Source of the DNA: a virus
Taxonomy: Duplodnaviria; Caudoviricetes
Strand: one strand, 5' to 3'
Length of the DNA stretch: 64,000 bases
IMG/VR virus record: IMGVR_UViG_3300044706_000051
Span: 1,600-65,599 of that record
The notes under the pieces were generated by a model. The model did no database searches. It was given only the letters and a program-made list of their open reading frames with translations, and was not told the DNA's origin. Shown here in pieces: positions 60,712-64,000 of this stretch. Numbering within the stretch: position 1 is the first letter of the stretch; each line of letters begins with the position of its first letter. Position numbers and translations under genes: made by a program.

Positions 60712-62451
60712 TTAATCGCCCTGGTCAGACTCAGGTGATCTGCGTTGGGCCAGCTTGGTGCCGAATGCCTTCGTCATCAGCTCGGTCAGGAGCTTCTGAC
60801 TGTCGGCTCCTATCGGCGAACCGCCGAACGGGAGCCCCGCCGGACCAGCCGTGGTGGCACCAGGCCCCGGCTGACCGGCTGACGTTACCTCGCCGCCGCC
60901 GGCCGAGTTCACTGCCGGGCCGCCGGCTTCCTCGCCGGGCGGGGCCATCGGCCCCATCCCGGTGGCCTGCATAACCATGGTGGCGATCTGGGACTTGAGC
61001 ATCTCCAGAGCGCCCTGGTCGATGGCGTCCTCGATCAGCTCCTGGAAGATCTCGGCCATCTTCTCGTCCACGAAGTCGTAGCCGAGGTCGCGCAGGGCGC
61101 CCCGCTTGGACTCCAGGCCCAGGCCCATCTTGAGCTGGATCTCGTTGAGGGCGACGAGCTGATCGACCGGCAGTGGCGCCGGCCAGTGGCACGTCGTCTG
61201 GTAGGTGATGGGGTCCAGGGGATCGAGAACGGAGAGCTGGCCCTCCTTCAGTTCCTCGTCCTCCTCCGGGTTCCACTGGAGCAGCTCGGGCTCCTTGAGC
61301 GCCAGCGTGAGCATGATCAGCTCGTTCACCCGCTGGAACGCCTTCCCGTACTGGATCTTCTTGAGCTGGTAGCGCTGCATCATGGGCTGGTACTGGATCG
61401 CCAGCGCCACGCCCGACGTGTTGCTGATCGGCACCATCTGGCCGAGGGCGTTCTCAGGCACCCCCGTCATTTCGTGCATCGCCGTCTTCAGCATGTTCAG
61501 GTACTCGATGGGGGCGGCCAGGTTGGCGCCCAGTTCGAGGTTGAAGACGTTGGCGTCCTTGGGCAGCCCGCCCCAGACCTTCTTCGGCCCCTTCTCCAAT
61601 TGCGACGCCTTGGCGCCGGTAATCACGGTCACCGGAGCGGCGTGGTAATTGATGATGTCGGAGATATCGGTGGCCTTTTCGTTGTACTCCCGGTTCAGCG
61701 TCGTGATGTCGGACAGATCGGAAAGTCCCCACGGCGACCCCGAGATCGGCAGATTCGGAACGTGGACGATGGGGATCACGCCGAGCGGGTTTGGCCGCTG
61801 GTCGATGATCTCGTCGTTGACGTACTCCTCGATGAACCCCTCGGTGATCAGCTCGGTGTAGGTGAACACCTGCCGGGTCCCCTCGGCGCTGGTCCCCCAG
61901 AACCGGTACTTGAGCTTGAACCGGATCATGCGGCTGCGGTCGTGGGGGTGGAATTCGGGGAAGCAGTGCGCCGGGTTCAGCGGGATGATGCGGACCCGCC
62001 CGGGGTGCGGCCGGCCGATGGGATCGACCCAGGGCTCCTCGTAGGCGACCTTGATGAAGACGTCGCCGCTGACCGAGCCGAGCTGGCCGATCTCCCAGAG
62101 CAGCGCCTCCTTGTCGTTGTCCAGCTCCCAGATGCGCCGTAGCCGCGCCGGGACGATGCCCTCCGTCTCGTCCGGCGTGCGGAAGGTGACACCCCGGCCG
62201 AAGGTGAAGTTGGTCGTGAAGTCCGACAGCGCCCGGCAGTAGTTGAAGGTGAGCTGCGGCTCGCCGACCTCACGCCGGTAGCCCCAGTGGTGGCCGAGGT
62301 ACCAGGCCCAGTTCGATGCGTAGCGGTTCAGCCTTGGGCCGTGTACCTCGAATTCCTCGTCGGCCAGTTCGACCAGGCCCAGCGGCGAAATAGCGACCGT
62401 GAGGTCGCTCTGGGCAGCCCGAAATGACGCTGAATTGAAGTCGATTGCCAC
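60712..62451 (-). CDS. portal protein (SPP1 gp6-like)
   Basis: NYCRA..D...F.FGRG, GSVSGD, NPLGVIPIVHVPN, GLSDL, SNTSGVAL. Confidence 0.92.
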   Translation of the reverse strand: MAIDFNSASFRAAQSDLTVAISPLGLVELADEEFEVHGPRLNRYASNWAWYLGHHWGYRREVGEPQLTFNYCRALSDFTTNFTFGRGVTFRTPDETEGIVPARLRRIWELDNDKEALLWEIGQLGSVSGDVFIKVAYEEPWVDPIGRPHPGRVRIIPLNPAHCFPEFHPHDRSRMIRFKLKYRFWGTSAEGTRQVFTYTELITEGFIEEYVNDEIIDQRPNPLGVIPIVHVPNLPISGSPWGLSDLSDITTLNREYNEKATDISDIINYHAAPVTVITGAKASQLEKGPKKVWGGLPKDANVFNLELGANLAAPIEYLNMLKTAMHEMTGVPENALGQMVPISNTSGVALAIQYQPMMQRYQLKKIQYGKAFQRVNELIMLTLALKEPELLQWNPEEDEELKEGQLSVLDPLDPITYQTTCHWPAPLPVDQLVALNEIQLKMGLGLESKRGALRDLGYDFVDEKMAEIFQELIEDAIDQGALEMLKSQIATMVMQATGMGPMAPPGEEAGGPAVNSAGGGEVTSAGQPGPGATTAGPAGLPFGGSPIGADSQKLLTELMTKAFGTKLAQRRSPESDQGD

Positions 62452-62454
62452 CGG

Positions 62455-62592
62455 TTACTTCTTGACCTCACCCGACTTCTTGTAGCGGGTCATCTTCTCC
62501 AGGCCGGCGCGTTCCTTCTTGCCGGACGGCTTCTCCCGCTTCACGCCGGCCACGTCGTGGGCGAATTTCTGGTTGCGCTTCGGAGCCGCCAC
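62455..62592 (-). CDS. 45-aa basic microprotein, not in ORF track
   Basis: MAAPKRNQKFAHDVAGVKREKPSGKKERAGLEKMTRYKKSGEVKK; GAGGTGG RBS-like; fills the gap before portal. Confidence 0.6.
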   Translation of the reverse strand: MAAPKRNQKFAHDVAGVKREKPSGKKERAGLEKMTRYKKSGEVKK

Positions 62593-62593
62593 G

Positions 62594-62833
62594 TCACCAC
62601 CTCAGAGCCGGGTGGAGCTTGCCCCGGTTACCGGAGCGCAGGATCTCCACGAATTCCTTGGCCTCGGCCACCTTCTGCTCCCAGTGGGCCTTGTTCTTCA
62701 CTCCGAGGCAGGCCGGGTGCCGCCAGCCGACGTATGTGCCATAGCCCTTCACCACCCGGGCGTCCTGGTTGATGCCGATGGCCCGGCCGCAGTAGCAGCA
62801 GTCCGGTCCCGACAGGCCGGGGGATTTTGACAT
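62594..62833 (-). CDS. small Zn-binding protein
   Basis: DCCYCG...WRHPAC. Confidence 0.65.
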   Translation of the reverse strand: MSKSPGLSGPDCCYCGRAIGINQDARVVKGYGTYVGWRHPACLGVKNKAHWEQKVAEAKEFVEILRSGNRGKLHPALRW

Positions 62834-63255
62834 CAGCTCTCCTCCTGCCGCTTCCGGGTGCCCTTCGGCTGGAGGCTTGACTTCCACACCGACATCTGGT
62901 TGCCCTCGCGGTCCTGGATCCAGTGGAAGGCCATACGGCCTGAGCCCACCTGGGCGATCCGCTTGACCGGCGTCCCCGGTGCGATTGGCTGGGAGCCCGG
63001 GTGCACCTTGGGATCCCAGGCGTCGAGGCCCGCCGGCTGGAAGACGTGCGTCGCCCGGAAGGGCTTGCGGCGCTCCTTGGGAGGCTCGGGTTCGGGCTGC
63101 GGCCGGCGGTCGTTGACCATCGACCGGATGCGGGCCAGGGCGTCGAGGTCTTCGGACGCCCGGCTCATGGCTCCCGGCGAGAGCGGCGACTGGGCGATGC
63201 GCGCCGCCATCTCGTCGTCGTAGGAGCCGGGCTGAATAGGCGGTCGCCGGGCCAT
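62833..63255 (-). CDS. hypothetical protein
   Basis: 140 aa, coupled at both ends. Confidence 0.7.
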   Translation of the reverse strand: MARRPPIQPGSYDDEMAARIAQSPLSPGAMSRASEDLDALARIRSMVNDRRPQPEPEPPKERRKPFRATHVFQPAGLDAWDPKVHPGSQPIAPGTPVKRIAQVGSGRMAFHWIQDREGNQMSVWKSSLQPKGTRKRQEES

Positions 63256-63656
63256 TAGTCGTCCACGACGGACGGGCTCATCCGCTGCGTGCGGGCACCC
63301 GAGCGGATCACTTCCTCGTACTCGATGGTGGCGTAGTCGGCGAAGGAACCGTGGGCGAATTCCGCCAGGAACGTCGGCGCCTCGATCCAGGCCGCCGACC
63401 CGACGTGGGCGCGCTCCTGCATCGTCTGCTGGGCGTACTTGTACTGCACCTGGGGGTTGTTGTGGTTCGGCCGGCCGGGCGCCGGGACGTAGCCGTCAGC
63501 GATTCCCTGCTGGAAATCGTTCGGGACGTCGGTGTCGGTGGCGACGCCTTCCTCGAAGCGCAGCGGACCGCGCCCGCCGGGGACGTTGGGCGCCATCTTG
63601 CGCTCGTACTGGTACGTCGGCTTCTCGGGAAATCCCGGGGTCGGGGCGATGGGCAT
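63255..63656 (-). CDS. conserved-looking hypothetical protein
   Basis: RGPLRFEEGVATDTDVPNDF...ERAHVGSAAWIEAP; AGGAGG RBS. Confidence 0.75.
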   Translation of the reverse strand: MPIAPTPGFPEKPTYQYERKMAPNVPGGRGPLRFEEGVATDTDVPNDFQQGIADGYVPAPGRPNHNNPQVQYKYAQQTMQERAHVGSAAWIEAPTFLAEFAHGSFADYATIEYEEVIRSGARTQRMSPSVVDD

Positions 63657-63684
63657 CGATGACCTCCTAGTTCGCGCGCCGATA

Positions 63685-63984
63685 CTAATTCCTGCGGTTC
63701 ATGATGGTGCGGTACCGACCCTCCCGAGGGCTCGGTGAAACCATGCTGCGAGGGTTGGGCCGACCGACGGTGCCGTGCGGCGTTTCGATGTCCTTTTCTC
63801 CGACCCGGTGATGGATTTCGTGGCCGTAGCGGTCGGCCACAGGGTCGCCGCCGGGATACGGCACCCGCATCGTCTCGTAGCCGGTCGGGACGTCGATGCG
63901 GCCCTCTCTGGCCGCAGCGGCGGCCCCGAACGCGTCCTGTACCCGGCCCACGATGTCGCCGGCCGGCCGGCTGCGCTCCTGCAT
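63685..63984 (-). CDS. hypothetical protein
   Basis: 99 aa; GGAGGAGGG RBS at window end. Confidence 0.6.
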   Translation of the reverse strand: MQERSRPAGDIVGRVQDAFGAAAAAREGRIDVPTGYETMRVPYPGGDPVADRYGHEIHHRVGEKDIETPHGTVGRPNPRSMVSPSPREGRYRTIMNRRN

Positions 63985-64000
63985 GGCCGGCCCCTCCTCC

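Noticed and set aside
1-64000. tRNA/rRNA genes, integrase, transposase, terminase, endolysin
   Set aside because: None recognised; terminase and endolysin probably lie outside the window, so lifestyle cannot be called

Overview
A 64 kb, GC-rich segment of a large tailed phage genome with a contractile tail (myovirus). WhiB and high GC point to an Actinomycetota host. Almost all real genes lie on the minus strand. From the right end: portal, scaffold, N4-gp56-type major capsid, head-associated proteins, neck, sheath, tube, tail chaperone with a probable -1 frameshift, tape measure, baseplate, repeat-rich tail fibres and a holin-like gene. Replication and recombination genes follow: O-like initiator with internal iterons, DnaB, primase, SNF2 helicase, UDG, gp32-like SSB, PolA, RecA, an in-frame WhiB-Cas4-like ORF, dNMP kinase, RuvC and SpoVS. 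No terminase, integrase, endolysin or tRNA was recognised in the window. Two accessory islands stand out. (1) 24.4-26.6 kb, plus strand: a standalone Cas7/RAMP-like gene, a small ORF, and a ~1 kb non-coding array of GGY-NN pentamers cut into units by a GGCTCCCC motif and closed by a terminator. Reading only the NN dinucleotides of the last unit as codon positions 1-2 gives a peptide that is a conservative variant of the C-terminus of the neighbouring gene (24/32 nt identical to it). This suggests a programmable, wobble-skipping RNA-guided system aimed at related phages (VIPR-like). (2) 13.5-18.2 kb: a cassette bounded by 16-bp direct repeats, carrying three copies of one promoter, a TGT/DpdA-like protein, a QueF-like protein and a PAPS-reductase-family protein (candidate 7-deazaguanine DNA modification). 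Beside it is a divergent Topo VI-A/JetD-like TOPRIM gene. All product calls come from motif recognition by eye; no database search was run.
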